From Alphaproteobacteria bacterium (GTDB taxonomy: Bacteria; Pseudomonadota; Alphaproteobacteria; UBA2966; CAIVPW01), in NCBI GenBank assembly GCA_016869235.1, contig VGER01000003.1:2469-66468 (forward strand): a DNA stretch of 64,000 nt, in the 5' to 3' direction. Below the pieces are notes generated by a model, which saw nothing but the letters and a program-made list of their open reading frames with translations, was not told where the DNA came from and made no database searches. This document shows, piece after piece, positions 8,583 through 17,827 of this stretch (the stretch's first letter is position 1; the number at the start of each line of letters is the position of its first letter). The position numbers and the translations under genes were made by a program.

Positions 8583-10763
8583 ATGCGACCGCCGAAGGCT
8601 GCGGAGCGACCCCACACCGTCACGTTCCACGGGCACGAGCGCACGGATCCGTACGCGTGGCTGCGCGACGAGAACTGGCAGCAGCTGATGCAGAAGCCGG
8701 AGGTGCTGAAGCGCGACATCCGCAAGTACCTCGAGGCAGAGAACGCCCACACGGCAGCCGCGATGAAGGACGCCGAGCCGGCGATCCAGTCGCTGGTCGA
8801 GGAGATGAAGGGTCGCATCAAGCGTGACGACTCGACGGTGCCGGCGCCCGACGGGCCGTGCGCGTACTACCAGCGCTACGAGCGCGACAGCCAGCACCCG
8901 ATCTTCTGCCGCAACCGGCGCATCACCGACGAGCACGGCGGCCCGGCGTTCAGCTGGAGGCAGTCGGAGCAGGTGCTGCTGGACGTCAACCGCCTCGCCG
9001 AGGGCAAGCCGTTCTTCCGCGTCTCCGCCGTCGAGCACAGCCCCGACCACAGGTTGCTTGCCTATTCGAGCGACGACAAGGGCTCGGAGACGCACGACAT
9101 CATCGTGCGTGACATCGCCACCGGTGAAATCGTCGACAACTTCGTCAAGGGCACCGACGGCAGCATCGAGTGGGCCAACGACTCGCGAACGCTTTTCTAT
9201 TGCGTGCTCGACGAGAACCACCGTCCCAGCCTCATCTACCGCCACTCCATCGGCCAGAAACAGGCAAAGGACGTGCTCGTCTACGAGGAGAAGGATCCGG
9301 GCTTCTTCGTCGCCATGGGCAAGACCGAGAGCCGGCGTTTCCTCGTCATCAATACGCACGACCACGTCACCAGCGAGTTCCACGTCATCGACGCGGACGA
9401 TCCGCACCGGCCGCCGCGCCTACTGGCGTCGCGCACGCCCGGGGTCGAGTATCACGTTACCCACCACGACGGACGCTTCTACATCCAGACCAACGCGGAC
9501 GGAGCCGAGGACTTCAAGATCGCCACCGCGCCCGTCGATGCCCCCGCGCGCGATAACTGGCAGGACCTGGTGCCGCATGAGCCTGGCCGCCTGCTGCTCG
9601 GCATGCGCATGACGGCCCGCTTCCTGGCGCGCATGGAACGCGTCGACGGCCTGCCGCGCATCGTCATCCGGCGTCTGGAGGACGGTGTCGAGCACACCAT
9701 CGCGTTCCAGGAGGAGGCTTACGACCTTGGCATTCTGCCGGGCTACGAGTACGCCACAACCACGTTGCGCTTCGCCTATTCGTCGCCGACGACGCCGCGC
9801 GAGGTCTACGACTACGACATGGAAGCGCGCAGCCGCGTGCTGAAGAAGCGCCAGGAAGTCCCGTCCGGCCACGATCCGGCCCTGTACGCCTGCCGTCGCC
9901 TCATGGCGCCCAGCACGGACGGCGAGATGGTGCCGATCACCGTGCTGCACCGGCGCGACACGTCGATCGACGGCACCGCTCCGTGCGTGCTGTACGGCTA
10001 CGGCGCGTACGGCGCCTCGATGCCGTCGGCCTTCGCGCCCAACCGCTTCAGCCTGGTGGATCGCGGCTTCGTCTACGCGACCGCGCACATCCGCGGCGGC
10101 ACCGAGCGCGGCTATCGCTGGTACCGCGAAGGGCGCCTGCAGAAGAAGGCCAACACCTTCCGCGACTACGTCGCCGCAGCCGAGCACCTCATCGCCCAGC
10201 GCTATACGTCGCAGGGCAGGATCGCCGCGCACGGCGGCAGCGCTGGCGGGCTCCTGGTCGGCGCGGCCGTCAACATGCGGCCCGACCTGTTCGGCGCCGC
10301 GGTTGCGGAGGTGCCGTTCGTCGACGTGCTCAACACCATGACCGACGGCACGCTGCCGCTGACGCCGCCGGAGTGGCCGGAGTGGGGCAATCCCATCACC
10401 GACGCCGACGCCTACCGCACCATCCTCGGCTACTCGCCGTACGACAACGTCGCCGCCAAGGCCTATCCCAACCTGCTGGTAACCGCCGGGCTCGCCGATC
10501 CGCGCGTCACCTACTGGGAGCCGGCCAAATGGGTCGCCAAGCTGCGCGCCAAGAAGACCGACTCCAACCTGCTGCTGCTCAAGACCAACATGGCAGCCGG
10601 TCACGCCGGCGCGGCGGGGCGATTCTCTAAGCTGGAGGAGATCGCGCTGATCTACGCGTTCCTGCTCAAGGTGTTCGACCGGCTAGGTCTGGTCGGGGGG
10701 GGATGCCCAGGCAGCGCGAACGCAGGCGTGCGGCGTAGGGGGAGGAGAAACGATGCGTCGTAA
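8583..10763 (+). CDS. ptrB: Oligopeptidase B (protease II, S9A family)
   Basis: The 726-aa product carries the S9 prolyl oligopeptidase N-terminal beta-propeller and C-terminal catalytic domain (GGSAGGLLVGAAVNMRPDLF with the nucleophile Ser). A short C-terminal extension follows a G9 homopolymer. Confidence 0.85.
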   Translation: MRPPKAAERPHTVTFHGHERTDPYAWLRDENWQQLMQKPEVLKRDIRKYLEAENAHTAAAMKDAEPAIQSLVEEMKGRIKRDDSTVPAPDGPCAYYQRYERDSQHPIFCRNRRITDEHGGPAFSWRQSEQVLLDVNRLAEGKPFFRVSAVEHSPDHRLLAYSSDDKGSETHDIIVRDIATGEIVDNFVKGTDGSIEWANDSRTLFYCVLDENHRPSLIYRHSIGQKQAKDVLVYEEKDPGFFVAMGKTESRRFLVINTHDHVTSEFHVIDADDPHRPPRLLASRTPGVEYHVTHHDGRFYIQTNADGAEDFKIATAPVDAPARDNWQDLVPHEPGRLLLGMRMTARFLARMERVDGLPRIVIRRLEDGVEHTIAFQEEAYDLGILPGYEYATTTLRFAYSSPTTPREVYDYDMEARSRVLKKRQEVPSGHDPALYACRRLMAPSTDGEMVPITVLHRRDTSIDGTAPCVLYGYGAYGASMPSAFAPNRFSLVDRGFVYATAHIRGGTERGYRWYREGRLQKKANTFRDYVAAAEHLIAQRYTSQGRIAAHGGSAGGLLVGAAVNMRPDLFGAAVAEVPFVDVLNTMTDGTLPLTPPEWPEWGNPITDADAYRTILGYSPYDNVAAKAYPNLLVTAGLADPRVTYWEPAKWVAKLRAKKTDSNLLLLKTNMAAGHAGAAGRFSKLEEIALIYAFLLKVFDRLGLVGGGCPGSANAGVRRRGRRNDAS

Positions 10764-11245
10764 TGCGTTGGATCGCACGTAAGCTCGACTCTCTCGTCGG
10801 TACCCTGTTCGCGGCTGCTGCCGGCCTCGCCGCGTGGCAGCTCCTGGAGTTCATCCAGCAGTACCGCCAGCGTCTTGGCGGCCACCTTGCCGAGGCACAG
10901 CTCGCCTACCGCCAGACGGTGGGCGCCGAGGTGCCCGGCTTGAACGCGGCCACGCGGCAGGCGCTGGCGCTACCGCAGCAGGAGCGGGTGGCCGAGATCG
11001 CCCAAGCCTGGAACGCACTGGCCGCCGCCGACCCCTGGCTCCAGCCGTTCACCATTGCGCGACATATTGATTTCGGCATCGCCGGCGCCACATTCAGGGC
11101 CTACCAGCCGGCGCTGCCGCTGGATCTGGTCAGCCTCTCCTATGCCGTGGCCGGCATGGTGTTCGGCTGGCTCCTGTGGGAGTTGGTCAAAGCCCTGCTG
11201 CGTCCCGCCCGGCGGCACAGGCACGGTGCGGTGGTCGTCCGCTGA
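10763..11245 (+). CDS. DUF2937-like hypothetical membrane-associated protein
   Basis: The 160-aa ORF overlaps the ptrB stop by 1 nt (TAATG). No enzymatic motif is recognisable. Confidence 0.55.
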   Translation: MRWIARKLDSLVGTLFAAAAGLAAWQLLEFIQQYRQRLGGHLAEAQLAYRQTVGAEVPGLNAATRQALALPQQERVAEIAQAWNALAAADPWLQPFTIARHIDFGIAGATFRAYQPALPLDLVSLSYAVAGMVFGWLLWELVKALLRPARRHRHGAVVVR

Positions 11246-11382
11246 ACTGAAACCGGATGATACTGGCGCAAGGGAGGTAGGCACCCTACTCTCTGGGGCA
11301 GGGAAACCAGGAGAGTCTGGGCGGGTTCGATGCTGGGCAACCGGCGCCTGCGGGCGCTGGCGGTACGGGGGAGACTGAGGTT

Positions 11383-12156
11383 TTGCAGCGACCTTTGCGT
11401 CTCGCTACCTACAACATCCATAAGTTCGTCGGGAACGACGGCCGCCGCGACCCGGGCCGCATCCTGTCGGTGCTGCGCGAGCTCGATTCGGACATCCTCT
11501 GCATCCAGGAGTTCGACGCACGCAAGGTGCACGGTTGCTGGTTCAGCGTCTCCGACCTGGAATCCGAGCTCGGCGCCACCGCGCACATCCATCCGACCCG
11601 CTCCGGCCGCCGCGGCTACCACGGCAACGTCATTCTCACCCGCTTCTCGGCCAAGGCCGTCGAGCTTCACGACATCGGCCGCGGCGCCGACGAGTTCGAG
11701 CAGCGCGGCATGATGGTCGCCGACTTCGACATCGACGGCATGTCCGTCCGCGTCGCCAACACGCACCTCGCGCTGTGGCCATTCGCGCGCAAGCGCCAGG
11801 CCGAGCGCCTCACCCGCCACCTGTGTGCGCCAGAGGACGGCATGCTGGTGCTCGCTGGCGACCTCAACGAGTGGCTGCCCAAGGGATGCTCGCACACCCA
11901 CTTCCACGACGCGTGGGGCGCGCATCCGAATCCGCCGACCTTCCCGGCGACGCGGCCGGTGATCGGCTTCGATCGCGTCTGGGTGGCGCCGCGCAAGTGT
12001 CTTACCCGTCTCGAGGTGCACAACACGCCGCTGGCGCGCATGGCCTCCGACCACCTGCCGGTGAAGGCGACTCTGGACTTCGTTGTTGCCGCCGCGCCGG
12101 CGCGCGCGGCCAACGACGCGGGATGGACCGCGCAGCCCCTGGCGGTGCCGGCCTAG
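11383..12156 (+). CDS. Endonuclease/exonuclease/phosphatase (EEP) family protein
   Basis: LRLATYNIHKFVGNDGRRD...LCIQEFD...ANTHLAL...GDLNEW...SDHLPV are EEP catalytic motifs. TTG start with GGAG about 10 nt upstream. Confidence 0.75.
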   Translation: MQRPLRLATYNIHKFVGNDGRRDPGRILSVLRELDSDILCIQEFDARKVHGCWFSVSDLESELGATAHIHPTRSGRRGYHGNVILTRFSAKAVELHDIGRGADEFEQRGMMVADFDIDGMSVRVANTHLALWPFARKRQAERLTRHLCAPEDGMLVLAGDLNEWLPKGCSHTHFHDAWGAHPNPPTFPATRPVIGFDRVWVAPRKCLTRLEVHNTPLARMASDHLPVKATLDFVVAAAPARAANDAGWTAQPLAVPA

Positions 12157-12157
12157 G

Positions 12158-13020
12158 CTAGCCGACGAAGGGAAGGCCCCAGCCTTCCTTCCACCGCGCC
12201 ACCCGCACAGCGGCGACGACGACCAGCCCGCTGGCCACCGCCAGCGCCAGCGGCCGCAGGCCCTTGCCGCTGCCGACGCGCATCTGGGCGGCGATCCACC
12301 CCGAGAAGAACACCAGCAGCAGCACGGCCAGCGCCGCTCCGTGCTCGTCGAGCAGAGGTTGCGCCAGCGCCAGCAGCGGCAGGCCAGCGCCGCTCCGGGA
12401 GGGAAGCGCACCACCGGCCAGTTCCACAGCACGAAGCCCAGCAGCGCCAGGCTGAGCGCGGCGGCGAGGCGCGCCGTCTCTTCTATGCCGGCGACCTCGC
12501 CGATGGCCGCGACGCCGACTGCTGCTACGGCGAGTTGCACTGGCACGGTTCCAGCGCTGCCCGCCACTCGCGTCGCCCGGACGAACACCAGCGCCGCCGC
12601 CGCGAGGTAGGCGATCAGCAACGTGCGGTCGGGTCCCGGCTCGGTGCGCAAGAGGTCGTCGAACACCGACCACAGCAGCGCGGCGAGGCCGATGGCGATG
12701 ATCGTCCAGCGCTGCCGCCGGCCGCCCCAGCCCTCCGTGTCGAGCAGAACGCTGGTCAGCAGCCCGACGACGGCAAGCGCCAGCGGCGCGTGCTCGGAGA
12801 GGTCGGGCAATCCGCGGCTGCGCACGACCGCGGCATAGACGAGGACGAAGGCCGCGCCGGCGGCGGCGCCCGCCAGGTGCGGACCTTTGGCCGCACCGCC
12901 GAGCAGGCGCGCCAGGCCGGCGATGCCGAAGGCGCCCAGCAGCGGCAGCAGCACTCCGGCGACGAAAGCTGGCTCCCAGAGCCAGTCTGGCGGCCACTCG
13001 AGCAGGCGATGGAGAGACAA
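12158..13020 (-). pseudogene. Polytopic membrane protein, unknown function, with a frameshift near 12400
   Basis: The N-terminal 205 aa (MSLHRLLEWPPDWLW...VLWNWPVVRFPPG) is in the frame of track ORF 11140..13020. The hydrophobic C-terminus (..AGLPLLALAQPLLDEHGAALAVLLLVFFSGW...WKEGWGLPFVG*) is in the frame of ORF 12158..13063. Confidence 0.45.
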
Positions 13021-13122
13021 GGGCGGGGGAGGCGCGGTCTTGAGGCTCGCGGCACCTAACCACGCTTCGCCCCGGTGCGCCAGTTGGCGCAGTCGCTACG
13101 GTCTGCTAACAGCCGGTGGCAA

Positions 13123-13851
13123 ATGAGCAGCCAGGACGAGCGGCGCACCGCCACGGTGACGGAAATCGCCGCGCCGACCACGGACGTGCGCGTGGTGCGC
13201 ATGCGGCCCAAGGAGCCGTTACGCTTCCAGGCTGGCCAGTACGTGCGCCTGTGGTTCGACGGATTGCCGGCCCGCGACTATTCGCTCGGCAATCGGCCTG
13301 GCGAGGCAGCGCTCGAGTTCCACATCCGCATCACCGCCGAGAGCGCGGTGGGATGCTACGTCGCCGAGGGCCTGCGCGTCGGCGAGGCGGTCGGCGTCGA
13401 TGGACCCTACGGCGACGCGTTCCTGCGCCGCGAGCATCGTGGTCCCCTGCTGGCGGTGGCGGGCGGCACCGGCGTCGTCCCGATCCAGTCCATCGTCACC
13501 ACCGCGCTGGAGAGCGGCATGCAGCAGCAAATCCACTTGTACTGGGGCGCGTACTCCGCCGCCGACCTTTACGCCGAGTCTCGCTTCCGCGATCTCGCCG
13601 CGCGCCATCGCAACCTGCACGTCGAGTGCAGCGTCGCCGTGCCGGACAGCGAGCATCGCAAGGGCTACGTCTCGGAGGTCGTGGCAGCCGACTTCTCCTC
13701 GGTCACCGGCTTCAAGGCCTACGTCGCCGGCCCGCCCGCGATGGTCAGCGCCACCCAGGACGTGCTCCTGGCGCGCGGGCTGAAGGCGGGCGACCTGCAC
13801 GCCGATCCTTTCGTGCCGGGCGACCATCATTCGCGTACGGTGTCGCCATGA
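13123..13851 (+). CDS. FAD/NAD(P)-binding oxidoreductase (ferredoxin-NADP reductase-like, no ferredoxin domain)
   Basis: RFQAGQYVRLWF (FAD RxYS-like), GGTGVVPIQSIV (NAD-binding GGTG), ...AYVAGPPAMV. Start chosen at MSSQDERR; the track ORF begins at 13075. Confidence 0.7.
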   Translation: MSSQDERRTATVTEIAAPTTDVRVVRMRPKEPLRFQAGQYVRLWFDGLPARDYSLGNRPGEAALEFHIRITAESAVGCYVAEGLRVGEAVGVDGPYGDAFLRREHRGPLLAVAGGTGVVPIQSIVTTALESGMQQQIHLYWGAYSAADLYAESRFRDLAARHRNLHVECSVAVPDSEHRKGYVSEVVAADFSSVTGFKAYVAGPPAMVSATQDVLLARGLKAGDLHADPFVPGDHHSRTVSP

Positions 13852-14699
13852 AGCTCCTCAGCTATCGCCACAACGGCCGCGACACGTTCGGTGCCGTGAC
13901 CGGCAAGGGTGTCTGCGACCTCGCGCCGCGCGCCGGCACACGCACCCTGCGCGAAGCGCTCGCCAAGCACCCGGTCGCGCAGCTCGCGCAGCTGGCGCAG
14001 GGTGCTGCCGCCGATGCGCGCCTCGATGACATCATCTACCTGCCGGTGATCCCCGATCCGGCGAAGATCCTGTGCGTGGGACTCAACTACGAGGCGCATC
14101 GCATCGAGACCGGGCGCGACAAGCTCAAGTACCCCGTGCTGTTCACGCGCTTCGCCGACACGCAGGTCGGCCACCGCCAGCCGCTGGTGAAGCCGTCCGA
14201 GTCCGACAAGTTCGACTTCGAGGGTGAGCTGGCGGTCGTCATCGGCAGGCGCGGCCGGCGCATCCCCGAGGACCGGGCGCTCGACCATGTCGCCGGCTAT
14301 ACCTGTTATCACGACGGCAGCGTGCGCGACTGGCAGGGCCACAGCCCGCAGTTCACTCCGGGCAAGAACTTCCCCGCCACCGGCGGAATGGGACCCTGGA
14401 TGGTCACGCCGGACGAGGCGCCGCCGGTGCCCGCGATGGTCCTCACCACGCGCCTCAACGGCGTCGAGGTGCAGAAGAGCGGCGTGAGCGACCTGATCTT
14501 CTCCGTCCCGGCCCTGATCGCCTACATCTCGCGCTTCACCGAGCTCGCTCCCGGCGACGTGATCGCCACGGGCACGCCGGGCGGGGTGGGTTACGTTCGC
14601 AAGCCGCCGCTCTATATGAAGGGGGGCGATGAGGTCGAGGCCGAGATCACCGGCATCGGCACCTTGTCGCACCCGGTCATTGCAGAAGGAGCCAGTTGA
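13848..14699 (+). CDS. Fumarylacetoacetate hydrolase (FAH) family protein
   Basis: ATGA overlap with the upstream gene. ...ILCVGLNYEAH...FEGELAVVIG...GTPGGVG. Confidence 0.8.
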   Translation: MKLLSYRHNGRDTFGAVTGKGVCDLAPRAGTRTLREALAKHPVAQLAQLAQGAAADARLDDIIYLPVIPDPAKILCVGLNYEAHRIETGRDKLKYPVLFTRFADTQVGHRQPLVKPSESDKFDFEGELAVVIGRRGRRIPEDRALDHVAGYTCYHDGSVRDWQGHSPQFTPGKNFPATGGMGPWMVTPDEAPPVPAMVLTTRLNGVEVQKSGVSDLIFSVPALIAYISRFTELAPGDVIATGTPGGVGYVRKPPLYMKGGDEVEAEITGIGTLSHPVIAEGAS

Positions 14700-15139
14700 T
14701 GGCGGACAAGAGCGGCGCGGCCAATCCTGCCGGCAAGATCATCAAGAACGACGCGGAGTGGAAGGCGAGCCTGCCGCCCGACGTCTATCGCGTCGCGCGC
14801 AAGCAGGGCACCGAGCCCGCCTTCAGCGGCAAGTACCACGCCGAGAAGCGCGCCGGGCTATACCGCTGCGCCTGCTGCGGCCAGGACCTGTTCGAATCCA
14901 AGACCAAGTTCGACTCGGGCACGGGTTGGCCGAGCTTTTACGCGCCGGTGAAGACGGAAGCAGTGTCCACCAAGCAGGACTTCAGCCACGGCATGATCCG
15001 CACCGAGGCGTTGTGCAGCCGTTGCGACGCCCACCTCGGCCACGTCTTCGACGACGGGCCGCGGCCGACCGGCCAGCGCTTCTGCATGAACTCCGCCGCC
15101 CTCGACTTCGAGCCGAAGGCGGCCGATCCGAAGAAGTAG
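14699..15139 (+). CDS. msrB: Peptide-methionine (R)-S-oxide reductase
   Basis: CACCGQDLF...GWPSF...CSRCDAHLGHVFDDGP is the SelR/MsrB Zn-binding and catalytic signature. The start overlaps the upstream stop. Confidence 0.85.
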   Translation: MADKSGAANPAGKIIKNDAEWKASLPPDVYRVARKQGTEPAFSGKYHAEKRAGLYRCACCGQDLFESKTKFDSGTGWPSFYAPVKTEAVSTKQDFSHGMIRTEALCSRCDAHLGHVFDDGPRPTGQRFCMNSAALDFEPKAADPKK

Positions 15140-15141
15140 CG

Positions 15142-17802
15142 CTACCCCAGGCTCTTCGACGCGATCTCGTAGAGGTCGGTGGAGATGCCCGGCGTGTTCA
15201 CGATGCGGTTGAGCGCGTCCTTCATCTTCTGCTGGCGCGCGCTGTCGTAGCGTTTCCAGCGCCCGAGCGGTTGCGCCAGCCGCGCCGAGCCGTGGGGGTT
15301 GAGCTTGTCGAGCAGGAGAACCTGCTCGGCGATGAAGTCGTAGCCCGAGCCGTCGGCGGCATGGAACCGCTGCTGATTGCCGGCGGCGAGCGCGCCCAGC
15401 AGCGCGCGCACCTTGTTCGGATTCTTGCGCTCGAACGCCTCATGGGCGAGCAGGCCCCGCACGTTCGCAAGCGTGCCGGGCAGGCGCGACATGGCGTTCA
15501 GGCTCAGCCACTTCTCTACCACGAGCGGGTTCTGCTTGTGGCGGGCGTAGAAGTCGTCGAGGAGGTTGCTGCGCTCGGCCAAGTCCATGTCGTTGACGGT
15601 GGCAAGCGCGGCCACGGTGTCGGTCATGTTGTCCGAGGTGCGGTACTGGCCGGTGACGAGCTCGAGCGAAGCCGCATCCTCCAGCGCGCCGAGGTAGGCG
15701 AGCGCGGCGTTCTTCAGGGCGCGCTGGCCGGCCTGCTCTGGGTCGGGCGAGAAGGGCTGGTTGGATCGGTTGTTGTGGTACGTCGCCAGCAGGTCGTCGC
15801 GCAGCGCCTTGGCGATGGCGCGGCGCAAGAACTCGCGCGCGGTCGCGATCGCGTCCACGTCCACCACCGTCATCTGGTCGGCAAGGTAGCCCTCCGACGG
15901 CAGTACCACGGCGAGGGCGACGAAGGCGCGCTCCAGCCGCTCGTTGCGCAGCGTCTTGCCCATGGCGTCGATGAGCGCCGCGTCGTCGGCCAGCTCCTTG
16001 CCCCTCTGCACGGCGGCGATGAGGTCAAGCAGCACCTTGGTGGCGTACTGCTGGCCCGCCTCCCAACGCGCGAACGGATCCGGATCGTTGGCCATGAGAA
16101 AGGCGCGGTCCGCATCGGCGTAGGCCATCTCCACGCGCAGCGGCGCCGAAAAGCCTCGGTTCAGCGACGGCACCGGCGGCTCGGCGACGTTCATGAAGCG
16201 GTATGTCTCGCGCGGCTTGCTGACGTTCAGCAGGCGCGTGGTCGGCGGCTCCCAGCCGGGCTTGTCACCGTAGAGCGACAGCGGCAGCTCCTTGCCGTCC
16301 TTGTCGAGGAGGCCGACCGCGAACGGCATCTGCATGGGCAGCTTCTCGCGCTGCCCGGGGGTCTCCGGCACGGTCTGCTTGACGGTGAGCTCGTAGACCT
16401 TGGATTCGGGATCGTGCTTGCCGGTGACATTCAGCACCGGTGTGCCCGCCTGGCTGTACCAAAGCTTGAACTGCGTCAGGTTGATGAGGTTCGCATCTTC
16501 CATGCAGGTGACGAAGTCCTCGCACGTCACCGCTTGGCCGTCGTGCCGCTCGAAGTAGAGGTCCATGCCGCGGCGGAATCCGTCGCGCGTCAGCATGGTC
16601 TGCATCATGCGGATGACCTCGGCGCCCTTCGAGTAGACGGTCGCCGTGTAGAAATTGTTGATCTGGATGTACGACGACGGCCGCACCGGATGCGCGAGCG
16701 GTCCGGCATCCTCCGGGAACTGTGCCGCGCGCAGGCTGCGCACGTCGGCGATGCGCTTCACCGGTCGCGAGCGCTGATCGGAGGAGAACTCCTGGTCGCG
16801 GAAGACAGTTAGGCCTTCCTTGAGCGACAGCTGGAACCAGTCGCGGCAGGTGATGCGGTTGCCCGTCCAGTTGTGGAAGTACTCGTGGCTCACCACCGTC
16901 TCGATGCCGGCGTAGTCCATGTCGGTGGCGACGTTGGGATCGGCCAGGATGTAGCGCGCGTTGAAGACGTTGAGGCTCTTGTTCTCCATTGCGCCCATGT
17001 TGAAGTCGGACACGGCGACGATGTTGAACAGGTCGAGGTCGTACTCGCGGCCGAAGCGCTCCTCGTCCCACTTCATCGAGCGCTTGAGCACGTCCATGGC
17101 GTAGCCGGTGCGGCGCTCGTTGCCATGCTCGACGTAGATGCGCAGCGCGACCTTGCGGCCCGACAGCGTCGTGAAGGTGTCCTCGACCTTGGCGAGGTCG
17201 CCCGCCACCAGCGCGAACAGGTAGGAGGGCTTGGGGAACGGGTCGTCCCACACCGCCATGTGGCGGCCGTCGCCGAGGTCCCTGCTGTCGATGAGGTTGC
17301 CGTTCGACAAGAGCACCGGGCACTTCTTCTTGTCGGCGCGGATGGTCACCTGGTAGCGGGCCATCACGTCGGGGCGATCGGGGAAGAAGGTGATGCGGCG
17401 GAAGCCTTCTGCCTCGCACTGGGTGCAGAAGTTGCCCTTGGAAACGTATAGCCCCGACAACTGGGTGTTCTCGGCCGGGCGGACCTCGGTCGTCACTTCG
17501 ACTACGAGGTTGTAGGGCACCTTGGCGAGGGTGATGCCTTTCTCGTCGAGCAGATACTCCTCCGGCGTGAGCTTGCGCCCATCGACGGCGATGTCGATGA
17601 GCTTCACGCCGTCGCCATTCAGGACCAGCGGACCTTGGCGGTACTCCATCGCCGGATGGCGGCGCATCGACAGCTTGGAGTGGACGCGCGTCACGGGCTC
17701 ACCGAGGTCGAACTCCAACACGACGCGATCCACCAGGAAGGCCGGCGGCTCGTAGTCGAGGAGGCGGATGACCGGTGGGGTGTCTGTCTTGGCGGCGTCC
17801 AT
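15142..17802 (-). CDS. pepN: Aminopeptidase N (M1 family)
   Basis: 886 aa from MDAAKTDTPPVIRLLDYEPP... with GAMEN and HEYFHNWTGNRITCRDWF...LKEG zinc motifs. AGGAGC RBS precedes the ATG at 17802. Confidence 0.9.
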   Translation of the reverse strand: MDAAKTDTPPVIRLLDYEPPAFLVDRVVLEFDLGEPVTRVHSKLSMRRHPAMEYRQGPLVLNGDGVKLIDIAVDGRKLTPEEYLLDEKGITLAKVPYNLVVEVTTEVRPAENTQLSGLYVSKGNFCTQCEAEGFRRITFFPDRPDVMARYQVTIRADKKKCPVLLSNGNLIDSRDLGDGRHMAVWDDPFPKPSYLFALVAGDLAKVEDTFTTLSGRKVALRIYVEHGNERRTGYAMDVLKRSMKWDEERFGREYDLDLFNIVAVSDFNMGAMENKSLNVFNARYILADPNVATDMDYAGIETVVSHEYFHNWTGNRITCRDWFQLSLKEGLTVFRDQEFSSDQRSRPVKRIADVRSLRAAQFPEDAGPLAHPVRPSSYIQINNFYTATVYSKGAEVIRMMQTMLTRDGFRRGMDLYFERHDGQAVTCEDFVTCMEDANLINLTQFKLWYSQAGTPVLNVTGKHDPESKVYELTVKQTVPETPGQREKLPMQMPFAVGLLDKDGKELPLSLYGDKPGWEPPTTRLLNVSKPRETYRFMNVAEPPVPSLNRGFSAPLRVEMAYADADRAFLMANDPDPFARWEAGQQYATKVLLDLIAAVQRGKELADDAALIDAMGKTLRNERLERAFVALAVVLPSEGYLADQMTVVDVDAIATAREFLRRAIAKALRDDLLATYHNNRSNQPFSPDPEQAGQRALKNAALAYLGALEDAASLELVTGQYRTSDNMTDTVAALATVNDMDLAERSNLLDDFYARHKQNPLVVEKWLSLNAMSRLPGTLANVRGLLAHEAFERKNPNKVRALLGALAAGNQQRFHAADGSGYDFIAEQVLLLDKLNPHGSARLAQPLGRWKRYDSARQQKMKDALNRIVNTPGISTDLYEIASKSLG

Positions 17803-17827
17803 CTGGTTAGCTCCTGCTAGGCATAGC

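Noticed and set aside
11246-11382. Possible riboswitch or sRNA in the 137-bp spacer before the EEP-family gene (hairpin actctctgggg...ccaggagagt)
   Set aside because: I could not match it to any riboswitch consensus I know. It is most likely a terminator or REP-type hairpin for the upstream gene.
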